Assembly: GCA_963849135.1 (NCBI GenBank)
Contig: CAWKGF010000002.1
Location: forward strand, 957,305-1,021,304
Direction of reading: 5' to 3'
Source: an uncultured Actinomycetes bacterium
Lineage (GTDB): Bacteria > Actinomycetota > Acidimicrobiia > IMCC26256 > PALSA-555
Length of the DNA: 64,000 bases
Within the stretch, counting starts at the first letter, position 1. Each line of letters opens with the position of its first letter. The notes under the pieces are model-generated. The model did no database searches. It saw only the letters and a program-made list of their open reading frames with translations, and was not told the origin of the DNA. Of this stretch, positions 45,895 through 56,809 are shown in pieces. The position numbers were made by a program, and so were the translations under genes.

Positions 45895-46500
45895 ATGAGC
45901 GGCGCCGGCACCGTCGTCGCCGCCCTCGCGGTCGGCTACCTCCTCGGGACGTTCCCCACCGCGGTGCTCGTCACCCGGGCCGCGACCCGGGGGTCAGTCG
46001 ACATCCGCGCCGCCGGGACCGGCAACCCGGGTGGGGTGAACACGGCCCAGGTCGTCGGCAAGGCGTGGGGCGCGATCGTCATCGCCATCGACGTCCTCAA
46101 GGGGTTCGGCGCCGGGCTGCTCGGCTGGGTCATCGCCGGACCGGTCGGCGCGTACGCCGCCGCGACCGCCGCCATCGCCGGGCACATCTGGCCGGTCTGG
46201 TTCCGGTTCCGGGGCGGGAAGGGCGTCGCCACCTCCGCGGGCGCGGTGATCGCCGTGTTCCCCGCCTTCTTCCCGCTCGACGCGCTCGCCGCCGCGTTCG
46301 GCGCGCTCACGCTCCGCAACGCCGAGCGCGCCATGCAGCTCAGCAACACGGTGTGGGTCGTTGCCGCGTTCGTCTGGTGGCTCGCCGCGCTGCCCAACTG
46401 GTGGGGCCCGAACCCGACCGTCGCCCTCCCCGTCTCGCAGACCGTCGGCGCGGCGATGATCGTCGTGAAGTTCTACCAATCCCGGGTCCCGCCGACCTGA
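45895..46500 (+). CDS. plsY: Glycerol-3-phosphate acyltransferase PlsY
   Basis: 201-aa membrane protein with GTGNPGGVN and HIWPVWFRFRGGKGVATSAG motifs. Confidence 0.85.
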   Translation: MSGAGTVVAALAVGYLLGTFPTAVLVTRAATRGSVDIRAAGTGNPGGVNTAQVVGKAWGAIVIAIDVLKGFGAGLLGWVIAGPVGAYAAATAAIAGHIWPVWFRFRGGKGVATSAGAVIAVFPAFFPLDALAAAFGALTLRNAERAMQLSNTVWVVAAFVWWLAALPNWWGPNPTVALPVSQTVGAAMIVVKFYQSRVPPT

Positions 46501-46518
46501 CCGCGCTCGTGCCGTAGG

Positions 46519-47400
46519 GTGCCGACCATGGGCGAGCGGTCGACGACCGACGACTTCGGCCCGTGGGCGACCCGGAGCCGCCGACGACTCACTCGACACC
46601 TGATCGGCACCGGGCTCGAGATCGGACCCGGTCACGTGCCGTTCCCGACCCGGCCCGAGACCCGCATCGTCGTCGTCGACCGGTTCGACCCCGACCAGAA
46701 CGAGGCCGCCTACCCGATGCTGGCCGGGGAGCAGTTCACCCCGCCGGGCATCGTCGCCGAGCTCGACACCCAACGGCTGTGCATGGTGGCCGACCAGAGC
46801 CAGGACTTCGTGATCTGCTCCCACGTCCTCGAGCACGTCGTCGAGCCGATCGGGCTCCTCAGCGACCTGCACCGGGTGCTCCGACCCGGCGGGCTCCTCC
46901 TCCTCGTCCTCCCCGACCGCCACCGCACCCTGGACCGCTACCGCGAGGGAACCCCGGTCGAGCACCTCGTCGCCGAGCACGAAGCGGGCGTGACCGAGCT
47001 CGACGACGACCACCTAGTCGAGTTCCTCACCAACGTCGCCATCGAATCCCCCTCCGACCCGACGACGTTCACACGCGGGCTCCCGACCGGTGCCACGCCC
47101 GAGGAGCGCGAGTGGATCTTCGACACCAACCGGCGCCTGTCCATCCACGCCCACTGCTGGGACGAGGACGAGTTCGAGCCCGTCCTCCACTACGGCATCG
47201 CGCACCTCGGCTGGCGATGGGAGCTTGTCGACGCCATGGTCGCCGCCGACGAGGGCGTCATCGGCATGGAGTTCGGGTTCCTCCTCCAGCGCGGCATCGC
47301 CGACATCCCCGACGCCGTTGCCGCGCAGCACTTCGCTGACAGCTGGCAGGCCTGGCGCGACTTCCACGACGAGGAGCTGCCGCCGCGTCACCGCGGCTGA
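46519..47400 (+). CDS. Class I SAM-dependent methyltransferase-like protein (possible frameshifted C-terminal extension to 47551)
   Basis: GLEIGPGHVP...DFVICSHVLEHVVEP...LRPGGLLLLVLPD. The next frame after the stop reads AEAALADRGNRLLRLDASVPFRLYRRAKRTILP..., which looks coding. Deleting one G at ~47394-47396 would fuse the two. Confidence 0.7.
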   Translation: MPTMGERSTTDDFGPWATRSRRRLTRHLIGTGLEIGPGHVPFPTRPETRIVVVDRFDPDQNEAAYPMLAGEQFTPPGIVAELDTQRLCMVADQSQDFVICSHVLEHVVEPIGLLSDLHRVLRPGGLLLLVLPDRHRTLDRYREGTPVEHLVAEHEAGVTELDDDHLVEFLTNVAIESPSDPTTFTRGLPTGATPEEREWIFDTNRRLSIHAHCWDEDEFEPVLHYGIAHLGWRWELVDAMVAADEGVIGMEFGFLLQRGIADIPDAVAAQHFADSWQAWRDFHDEELPPRHRG

Positions 47401-47641
47401 GGCCGCCCTCGCCGACCGCGGCAACCGGCTCCTGCGCCTCGACGCCAGCGTCCCGTTCCGCCTCTACCGGCGGGCCAAGCGCACGATCCTGCCCGCTCGC
47501 CGCCCCGATCGGTCGCGGCCGGCCCCGGGGATCGGCGAGCCCGGCCCCTAGACTTACGAGGCCCCGAACACCTCGCTTCGAAGGTCCCCACCATGCCCCG
47601 CGTCCACGTATCCGCTGCGAACCTCGACGCGGTCCGCCCCC

Positions 47642-48838
47642 ATGGTCGACGTCAAGACGCGGCCCGTCCCCCCGCCTGAGGCCCCCAGCTCCCCGCCGGA
47701 GCTGACGGTCCTGCTGCCCTGCCTCGACGAGGCCGAGACGATCGGCATCTGCGTCGACAAGGCCAGCGGCGCGCTGCGCGCCCTCGGCGTGGTCGGCGAG
47801 GTCCTCGTCGCCGACAACGGCAGCACCGACGGCTCCCAGCAGCTCGCGGCCAGCCGCGGCGCCCGGGTCATCGACGTTCCCACCCGCGGGTACGGCGCCG
47901 CGCTGCGGGCCGGGATCGCCGCCGCCCGCTCCGAGTTCGTCATCATGGCCGACGCCGACGACAGCTACGACCTCTCGAACCTCGAGCCGTTCCTGACCCA
48001 GCTGCGGGCCGGCGCCGACCTCGTCATGGGCAACCGGTTCGCGGGCGGCATCGAAGCCGGCGCCATGCCCCCCCTCCACCGCTACGTCGGCAACCCGGTC
48101 CTCTCGTTCCTCGGCCGGCTCTTCTTCCACAGCCCGAGCCGCGACTTCCACTGCGGCATCCGCGGCTTCCAACGCTCCAAGATCCAAGCCCTCGAGCTGC
48201 GCACCACCGGCATGGAGTTCGCCAGCGAGATGGTCGTCAAGGCCACCCTCGCCCAGCTCGTCATCACCGAGGTGCCCACCACCCTCTCCCCCGACGGCCG
48301 GTCGCGGGCCCCGCACCTCGACACGTGGCGGGACGGGTGGCGGCACCTCCGCTTCCTGCTCCTCTACAGCCCCCGCTGGCTGTTCCTCTACCCCGGCCTC
48401 GCGCTCATGGGGGTCGGGCTCGTCCTCGGCGGGGCGCTCCTCGCCGGGCCGGTCAAGATCGGCGGGATCGGCCTCGACGTCAACGCCCTCATCTACTGCA
48501 TGGCCGCGGTGCTGGTCGGCTTCCAGTCGGTGCTCTTCGCGGTGCTTGCCCGCGCCTTCGCCATGAACGAATCGCTGCTCCCACCCTCCGAGCACATCGA
48601 CCGGGCCTTCGAGGTCGTCACCCTCGAGCGGGGCCTCCTCGTCGGCGGGCTGCTGCTCCTCGTCGGGCTCGGCTTCACCGTCTACTCCCTCATCCACTGG
48701 GGCTCGGCCGGGTTCGGGGCCCTGAACACCCGCCACGGGGTGCGGCTCGTCCTCCCCGGCGCCACCGCGACCGTCCTCGGCTTCGAGGTCGTCCTGGCCA
48801 GCCTGTTCCTCAGCATCCTCGGCCTCGCCCGCAAGTGA
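47642..48838 (+). CDS. GT2-family polyprenol-phosphate glycosyltransferase with C-terminal transmembrane domain
   Basis: LTVLLPCLDEAETIG...VADNGSTDGS...MADADDSYD (DxD) is followed by four C-terminal hydrophobic helices. Confidence 0.85.
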   Translation: MVDVKTRPVPPPEAPSSPPELTVLLPCLDEAETIGICVDKASGALRALGVVGEVLVADNGSTDGSQQLAASRGARVIDVPTRGYGAALRAGIAAARSEFVIMADADDSYDLSNLEPFLTQLRAGADLVMGNRFAGGIEAGAMPPLHRYVGNPVLSFLGRLFFHSPSRDFHCGIRGFQRSKIQALELRTTGMEFASEMVVKATLAQLVITEVPTTLSPDGRSRAPHLDTWRDGWRHLRFLLLYSPRWLFLYPGLALMGVGLVLGGALLAGPVKIGGIGLDVNALIYCMAAVLVGFQSVLFAVLARAFAMNESLLPPSEHIDRAFEVVTLERGLLVGGLLLLVGLGFTVYSLIHWGSAGFGALNTRHGVRLVLPGATATVLGFEVVLASLFLSILGLARK

Positions 48839-49882
48839 CCGAACCCGCCGGCGTGCCCCGCCCCACCGTCAGCGCGGTCGTCCTCGCCTACCGGGACGAG
48901 CCGTGGCTCGAGAAGTGCGTCTACGCGCTCCTCGAATCGAGCGACGTCGACGTCGACGTCGTCCTCGTCGACAACGGCTGCACCGACGGCGCGGTCGAGC
49001 GGCTCCGCGACGTCGACCGGGTCGTCCACGTCGGCGACGGCGACAACCTTGGCTTCTCCGGCGGCTGCAACCTCGGCGCGGCCGCCGCGACCGGCGAGTA
49101 CCTCGCCCTCGTCAACGGCGACCTCATCGTCGAGCCCACCTCGCTCGCCCGGCTGGTCGACGTCGCCGCCGACGAGCAGATCGGGATCGCGGCCGGCAGC
49201 GTCCGCCTCGCCGAGGACCGCGAGCTGCTCAACACGGCCGGCAACGAGATCCACTTCCTCGGGTTCAGCTGGGTCGGCCACTTCGGCGAGCCCGCCGCCC
49301 GCGAGGCCAAGGCCCGCGACGTCGCCGGTGCTATGGGCGCCTTCGCGCTCCTCCGCAAGGCGGTCTGGGACCGCCTCGGTGGATTCGAGGCGCGCTACTT
49401 CGCGTTCCACGAGGACGCCGAGCTGCAGCTGGCGGGCCTGGCAGAGCGGCCTCCGCGTCCGCTACGTCCCCGACGCGCTCGGCCTCCACCGCTACGAGTT
49501 CAGCCGTGTCCCCCAGAAGCTCTACCTCGCCGAGCGCAACCGGCTCCTCCTCGTCCTCACCTGCTGGGAGACCCGCACCCTCGCCGTCCTCGCCCCCGCC
49601 TTCGTCGCGGTCGAGGTCGCGGTCGCCGCCGCCGCGCTGCGCGGCGGCTGGTTCCGCCAGAAGCTCGACGGGTGGAAGTGGATCCTCCTCCACGCCCGCT
49701 GGGTCCGCGCCCGGCGCCGGCACCTCCAGGCCGGCCGCGACGTCCCCGACCGCGAGCTGGCCTGGCTCTGGACCGCGCATCTCGACGCCCGCAACTTCCC
49801 CATCCCACCCGCGCTGCGGCCCCTCGACCAGCTCCTCGCCGGCTACTGGGCCCTCGCCCGCCGGGCCCTCCGCGCCGCGTGA
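48835..49882 (+). pseudogene. GT2-family glycosyltransferase, frameshifted as sequenced
   Basis: The GTG overlaps the upstream stop (GTGA). VSAVVLAYRDEPWLEKCV...LVDNGCTDG...GFSGGCNLGA...FHEDAEL | SWRAWQSGLRVRYVPDALGLHRYEFSR... The extra base is at 49426. Confidence 0.8.
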
Positions 49883-50496
49883 GCGACGACGCGGACCGCG
49901 CCGCCGCCGACCAGCAGTACGCCGACCGGCTCGTCGCCCGCGGCGACGTCTGGTGGAAGCGACTCCTCGGCGCCCAGGTCCCCTACCGGTGGAACCTCCG
50001 CCGCCTCCACCCCGGCCACGTCCTCGACATCGGCTGCGGCACCGGCCGCAACCTCGAGCACCTCGACGGCAACGGCGTCGGCGTCGACCCCAACGCGGCC
50101 GGCGTCGCGATCGCCCGCGACCACGGCTACGTCGCCTACACCCCCGACCAGTTCGAAGCCGCCCCCGAAGCGAAGCCGGCGTCGTTCGACACCCTCCTCT
50201 TCGCGCACGTCCTCGAGCACCTCCCGAGCGGCGAAGCCGACCAGCTCGTCACCCGCTACCTCCCGTACCTGCGACCCGGCGGGCGCGTCATCCTCATCAC
50301 CCCCCAGGAGAGCGGCTACCGCTCCGACCACACCCACCGCGAGTTCCTCGACTTCGCCGCCCTCACCGCCCTCGCGAGCCGCTGCGGCCTCTCGACCACC
50401 CGCCGCTACTCGTTCCCGTTCCCCCGCCCGACCGGCCGAGTGTTCCGCTACAACGAGTTCGTCGTCGTCACCAGCTACCCCGACGCGGAGACGTAG
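49879..50496 (+). CDS. Class I SAM-dependent methyltransferase
   Basis: The GTG overlaps the upstream stop. VLDIGCGTGRNLEHL...DTLLFAHVLEHLP...LRPGGRVILITP. Confidence 0.8.
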   Translation: MSDDADRAAADQQYADRLVARGDVWWKRLLGAQVPYRWNLRRLHPGHVLDIGCGTGRNLEHLDGNGVGVDPNAAGVAIARDHGYVAYTPDQFEAAPEAKPASFDTLLFAHVLEHLPSGEADQLVTRYLPYLRPGGRVILITPQESGYRSDHTHREFLDFAALTALASRCGLSTTRRYSFPFPRPTGRVFRYNEFVVVTSYPDAET

Positions 50497-53445
50497 TAGC
50501 CCGAAACGTCACCCACCACGTCGACCGATCCGGCGTTGTTGAAGATCGTGACATCGCCGCTCTCGAGTTCCGTGACCGATAAGATTCGGGACATCCTCAC
50601 CAGGGTAGACATTCAAGTTCGACGACCCCGGGTTGGATGTCCCTGGGTACACCGCAAGGAAGCTGGCCGCGGTCGCGTCGGTGGCGGTCACGTTCATCAC
50701 CACGGCCGATGCGCCCGACGATGCGACTCCCCCTTGCCCAGCAACCGCGAGGTTCAGCGTCTGCCCGGCGCCGAGCGCACCTGGATGGCCACCGGTCGAA
50801 GTGCGAGTGTCGAGGATTCGGGCTGGCGGCACGGCGATGAACTGAGATCCGTTCGTGCCACCAGTGGTGTAGAAGCCCACAAGGTCTGCGACGACGTCGG
50901 TGAACCCGAGGTTGTTGTAGATGTCGATCGAAGGGTTAACGCCGGGAGAGACTTCGACCGCGACGAGGTTCGCGATGTCGGTGCTGGGGTAGATGTTGAG
51001 ATTCGACACGACCGGTCGTGACTCATTCTCAGGGAAGATGGTGAGGAAACTGGCTTGTGTCTCGTCCGTTGCGGTGACGTTCAGTATGACGCCGGTCACG
51101 GTCTGACCGGCGGGCGGATTGAGGTCGCCGTTCAGATTGAGCGTTAGTTGGCCTCCAGGACCGAGCGGCCCGGAATGGCCGCCGGTTGTAGTTCGGGTGT
51201 CCAGAACCCGCTGCGGCGACTGTGATGTGTAGATCGCTCCTCCCGATTGCGACCCGTCGTCGAAGTACCCCACGACGTCTGCGACGACATCGGTCGAGCC
51301 GAGGTTGTTGTAGAAGCTCACCTGACCCGCGGCGCCCACCTCGACTGTCACGAGGTTCGGCACGTCGTGATTTGCGACCGTATTCAGGTTGCTCACCACG
51401 GGCCTCGGCTCCCCGGTTGGGAACACCGTCAGGAAACTCGTTGCGGTCTCGTCGGTCGCAGTGACGTTGAGCACAACGGAAGTCACGTGTCCATTGTTGG
51501 GCACTCCTCCGACTCCGACGACAGTGACGTTCAAGGTCTGTCCGGCGCCCACGGGTTCTACGGGAACGCCGCCGGTTCCTTTGCGAGTGTCGAGGATCCG
51601 ATCGGGTGGCAATGGGAAGTAGTTGGCGCCGCATAGGCCTATCGACTCTTCATTCGACAGCGTCTGACCGACTGCGTTCACGGCCGCTACTTCATAGAAG
51701 AGGTCCTTCCCGCACGGCACGCCACTATCGGTGTAGTTCGTCATGGTCGACGGGACCGAAGCAATCGGCGTGGCCGCTTCGCCACCGCTGGTTGAGCCGC
51801 GATAGATGTCGAATCCGGTGATTGGGGAGCCGCCGTCCTGTGGAACTGTCCACGACAGCTGGGCTGCGTCACTACCGGGCGTGACGGTCAACGCTGGTGG
51901 CCCGGCTCCTGTGTAGTCGAGGAGGTTTGGCGTCCCGGCGGTCGCGTTCGATATGACATTCGGCGTTGCGTCACCACTTACCTCTGATTTTACCATCGCC
52001 GGAGTCGCAGTTGTGTGCTCGCTCAGGTAGAGAGCAGCGGTCCCCGCGACATGCGGGGTCGACATCGACGTGCCGCTGAGCTGGCATGTGGTGGCGGGTG
52101 GCTTGGGACATTCCTTTTGGTCCGTCAAGTAGGTGTTCGTACCCGGTGAGTCAGAAGTAATGTTCAAGCCGGGCGCGTACAGGCTGACACACGTCCCGAA
52201 GTTCGAAAAATAAGTTTGTGTGTCGCTCAGCGGGTCACTGGCTGCGGCCGTCAAGGTCGTGCTACCGAGGCCGAGGTCAGCGGGAGAGTCGTCGCACGCG
52301 TCACCAGCATTATTTCCCGCCGCGACCGCATAGGAGACGCCCGAGCCGATAGTGAAGACATCATCGGTCGCGGTCGTATCTGCTGGAGCGCTCAACGTTG
52401 CTTGTGTAGCGGACTGCACAGAGACAACGGTCGTCCCGGCAGGTACGTTCCCCGCGCTGTCCTTGAGCTCGACTCCTATATCCGCGGATGAGAACGCAGC
52501 GTCCGATGCGGTGACGGTCGTGCTGCCAACACTCGTGTTGCCATCTGCGTCTGTTGTCCGTATAGCTTCGGAGGCTTTGATTGCAGAGTCAAGGGGCGGA
52601 TCATTACTGCCGCCGAGGCTCATGTTGGCCACCGCTGGCGAGATCGCGTGCGACGTTACCCAGTCGACGCCAGCGATAACTCCTGCATCGTCACCGGTAC
52701 CGTCGCAGTCGAGGACGCGGACCTCAACCAGTGAGACGTCCTTTGCGACACCGAACTCGGTACCTCCGAGGATCCCGGCGACATGGGTGCCGTGTCCGTC
52801 ACAGTCAACCCCAGGAGGCTCCGGAGTGCACCCGTCGCACGCGTCCGTTCCGAATGAGGCCCGTCCACCGAAGTCCGCAATACCTGTCTGAAGCCCTGTG
52901 TCAATGATGTAGGCGTGCACTCCCGCGCCCGTGGCCCCATAGTGGTAGACGTTGTCGAGAGGTAGTGCATGCTGATCAATTCGGTCGATCCCGGTCGCCC
53001 CGATCGAGTCGGGGCTCTCGCTGGGGTCGGGAGGCTGACTGTCGGTAGTGTGGACGGTGCCGTTGTCCGAGACCGAGGCAACGGAGGGCTCCTCGGACAT
53101 GGCGATGGCTTCCGCGGGCGTCATGCGGACCGCGAACCCGTGGAGAGCATGCTGGTAGACCTGAAATACCTTCCCGCGGTGTCTTGAAGCGAGTTGCTGG
53201 GCTTGTTCGGGAACGCTTATCGCGTTCGCGCTCTTGAGTGTGACGATGTACTCGTCCGGGATGGGCTGCGCGGCCGCGCCCACGTGTCCCGGCGACGGGG
53301 GAGTGACCGCGGGAACCGCTGCGCTTGCGGCTGGGGCGCTGGTGCTCGTGGTGGAAGGTGCGTCGGTGGCTGCTGCGGCGGTTCCGGCCGTGGCGAGGGT
53401 GAATGCCACCGCGGCCGCGAGGCACAACGTGGGCTTGCGACGCAT
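50475..53445 (-). pseudogene. Secreted subtilisin-family (S8) serine protease with I9 propeptide, an insertion in the catalytic domain, an FN3-like module and three ~125-aa C-terminal repeats; C-terminal frameshift as sequenced
   Basis: Signal MRRKPTLCLAAAVAFTLATAGTAAA. Propeptide YIVTLK...FAVRMT. Catalytic triad IIDTG / HGTHVAG / SGTSMSTPHVAG. Repeats have the signature RILDTR...LNVTATD...SNLN...YNNLG..DVVAD.VG(Y/F). After ...EDVPNLI the frame is lost (~50577); the corrected frame reads VTELESGDVTIFNNAGSVDVVGDVSGYYVSASG* (stop 50475-50477). Confidence 0.85.
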
Positions 53446-53843
53446 CGCTTCTCCGGACAGCGGGCCTCGAGGGGTGCATCGAATCTACCGACCGGTCTGG
53501 GCTCTTCCGGTTCAGAGACCGTGACGGCAACGCCTGCGGCGTTGCGAGCTTTCGTCCGAGCGAGCGGCCGCATGGCCGCTCGCCGGTCCGGATCATGAGG
53601 CTGGTGGCATCGTTTGCCTTTTCTTTACCTCGGTAACGGTCACGGGCGGACGCCTCGCGGGTAGCGATCGATGGCGGGGTGGAACCGGATGGGCGTCGCC
53701 AGACGTTGCGTCGAGGTGCGTGGCTGTGGGCAGGGACCGATCGGCCCGGGACCTGATGTGGCTCGCTTGGCTAGCGTGGTCGTCGTGCTGAACCCCGCCC
53801 ATGGCAGGGACATGCGGAGTCTGCGCACCCCAGGCGACGTTCC

Positions 53844-56770
53844 ATGAGCCCAGGGTCTGACCAATCCGGGGGTTCGGCACGTTCGCGGCCGGACGAGGGT
53901 GGTGCGATCCACGGCGTGCAGCAGGCGTGGGGCGTCGTGGTCATCGGGGACGCGGGCGGGGTGATCCAGTGGGTGAGCCCGTCGGTCGAGGAGATCCTCG
54001 GCTACCCGCCAGGGGAACTGGTGGGTCGGCCGGGCCTCGGAATGGTGCACCCCGACGACGTCGCGGTCATTGATGAGACGTGGCAGCTCGCGCTGCTGGA
54101 GCCCGGCGCGTCGACGCCGCCCCGGACCCGCGCGGGCGCCACCGCGACGGGTCGTGGCGCGTCCTCGAGCTTGTGCTCACCAACCTGCTCGTTGAGCCGA
54201 CGGTGAAGGGGATCGTGGTCAACGCTCGTGTCCCGGGGTCGTCGACCACGGCGACGGCGAGCGCGCGCTCCAGGAGGCTGCGGACGTTCCGGTGATGGTC
54301 TGGATGTCGAACGCCGCGGACCGGGTCGTGTTCTTCAGCCGCCGCTGGTACGAGTTCACGGGTCGCTCTCCCGAGACCGAGCTGGGCTGGGGCTGGCTCG
54401 AGGGCGTACACCCGGACGACCGGGAGCGGGTGCGAGCGATCCGCGAACGGGGAACGCTCGGCCTGCCGCGGACCGAGCTTGACTTCCGGGTCCGCCACGC
54501 CGACGGCACCTACCGGGTCGTGCGGGACTGCGCGGAGCCTCGCCGCGACGCGGACGGCGGGTTCGCCGGGTACCTGGGGACGCTGACCGATGTCACGGAA
54601 CGCGTCGACGAGGAGCTGGCGGAGAGTCGCTTCCGGGCCCTGATCCAGCATGGCCACGACCTGGTGTCGACCTTCGACACGTCGGGTCGGTTCACGTTCG
54701 CGAGCCCGTCGTACGCCCGGACGCTCGGCTACGAGCCCGAGGAGCTGCTCGGGACCTCCGCCTTCGACCTGCTCGATCCCGACGATCGTGAGACCGTGGC
54801 GGCTGCGTTCGCGGACCAGCTCCTGGTCACCGGCGTTCCCAAGCCGGTCGAGTACCGGCTGCGACACCGGGACGGGTCGTGGCGGTGGCTCGAGTCCGTC
54901 GCGAGTGCGCAGACCGACAATCCGGCCATCGGCGGGATCCTCGTGAACGGCCGCGACGTCACCGACCGGCGCCGCACCGAGCTGATCCTCGGTGGTCAGG
55001 CGCGCATCCTCGAGCGGGTGGCACGCGCCGCGCCGCTCGGCGAAACCCTCGACACGATCGCCCGGCTCGTGGACACCTGGGTCCCGGACGGCTGCACCAT
55101 CATCATCACCTTCGACGCGGCCGAGCGGACGCTGCACGTCGGCGCGGCCCCGAACCTCCCCGACGCCTGCCGAGCCGCGCTGGAGGGCTTCTCGGTGCCG
55201 CTTGACACGGCTCGACCCCGACGCGGTCGTGCGCGGCGACATCACACTCACGAACCTCCCCGGCCCGGGCGATACCTTGCGCGAGCACGGCTACACCAGC
55301 TGGTGGCGGGCGCCGATCGTGGCTGCGGGCGGGTTCCGCTATCTCGGCGCGGTGCAGGTCCTCCGCACCGACGACGTCCAGCCCGGCCCGGGCGACGCGC
55401 AGCTGCTCGAGTCCGCCGCGAACCTCGTCGCGCTGGCCGTCGAGCGGGATCGCACCGCGACCCGCCTGTCGCATCAGGCCCTCCACGACACCCTCACCGG
55501 GCTCCCCAACCGGGGCCAGGTCATCGACCGGCTGCACCGCATCGGCCGCCACGAACGCCAGGGCGGCCCCGACGTCGCGGTCATGTTCTTGGACCTCGAC
55601 CGGTTCAAGGTCCTCAACGACAGCGTCGGCCACGAGGCCGGCGACCAGCTGCTCATCTCGATGGGCGGCCGGCTCCAAGAGGCGCTGCGACCCGGCGACC
55701 TGATCGCCCGCTTCGGCGGCGACGAGTTCGTGATCGTCTGCGAGCAGCTCGACGGGATCGACGCCACGCTCGCGCTTGCCGACCGGCTCCTCGCCGTCGC
55801 TCGGGAGCCGTTCAACCTCGGCGGCCTCGAGGCCGCGGTGACGGCCAGCATCGGCATCGCGATGGCCGACGGCCGCCCGCCCGAGGCGATGGTCCGCGAC
55901 GCCGACGCCGCCATGTACCGCGCCAAGGAGAAGGGACGGGACCGGGTCGAGGTCTTCGACGCCCAGCTGCGAGAGGACGTCGTGTCCCGCCTCGACACCG
56001 AGCGGGAGCTGCGCCACGCCCTCGCCCACGGCGGCCTGGTCGTCTACTACCAGCCCGTCGTGTCGCTCCGCACCGGGGGGCTGGCTGGCTTCGAGGCCCT
56101 GCTGCGCTGGCAGCACCCCAGCCGCGGGGTGCTCACCCCAACCGAGTTCCTCCCCGTCGCCGAGGACTCCGGGCTCATGCGCCCGATCGGGGAGTGGGTC
56201 CGAGCCGAGGTGTGCGCCACCGCGGCCCGCTGGCAGCGGGAGCATCCCGAGTGGGGCCGCTTCGTCACCAGCATCAACCTCTCGGCCGCCGAGCTGTCCG
56301 ACCCGCACCTCGCCACCACGATCGCCAAGACCGTCCTCGACTCCGACATCGACCCGTCCCTCCTCTCGTTCGAGGTCACCGCGGAGCTCCTCGCCCACGA
56401 CCCCGAGGCGGCCCGGGGCTTCTTTGGCCAGCTCCGCGCCCTCGGGGTGCTGCTCGCCCTCGACGACTTCGGCGCCGGCGTGTCACCCCTCCTGCACCTC
56501 AAGGAGTTCAAGGTCGACGAGGTCAAGATCGGGCGCGGCTTCGTCAGCGAGCTCGGCTCCGACCAGTTCGACGACGCGATCGTCGACGCGGTCGTCGACC
56601 TCGCCCACCAGCTCGAGCTGATCTCGGTCGCGCTCGGCATCGAGACCGAGGCCCAGGCGACTCGACTCCGCGCCATCGGCTGTCTGCGCGGCCAGGGCTA
56701 CTGGTACGCGGCGCCGCTCCCCGCGCCGCTGGCCGAGAAGTGGGCCGAGCGCCGCCACGGCGGCGCGTAG
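53844..56770 (+). pseudogene. PAS-PAS-PAS-GAF-GGDEF-EAL signalling protein, three frameshifts as sequenced
   Basis: PAS1 VVVIGDAGGVIQWVSPSVEEILGY... | RHRDGSWRVLELVLTNLLVEPTVKGIVVNARV | ...VMVWMSNAADRVVFFSRRWYEFTG (PAS2)...PAS3...GAF start ...EGFSVPLDT | LDPDAVVRGD...RFGGDEFVIV...EALLRW...GQGYWY. Breaks are at ~54120-54140, at the G4 run 54235-54238, and at 55210. The start codon is uncertain. Confidence 0.8.
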
Positions 56771-56809
56771 GTCGGCGCAGCGCGGACCTCGCTGCTGCCC
56801 AAATGAGGA

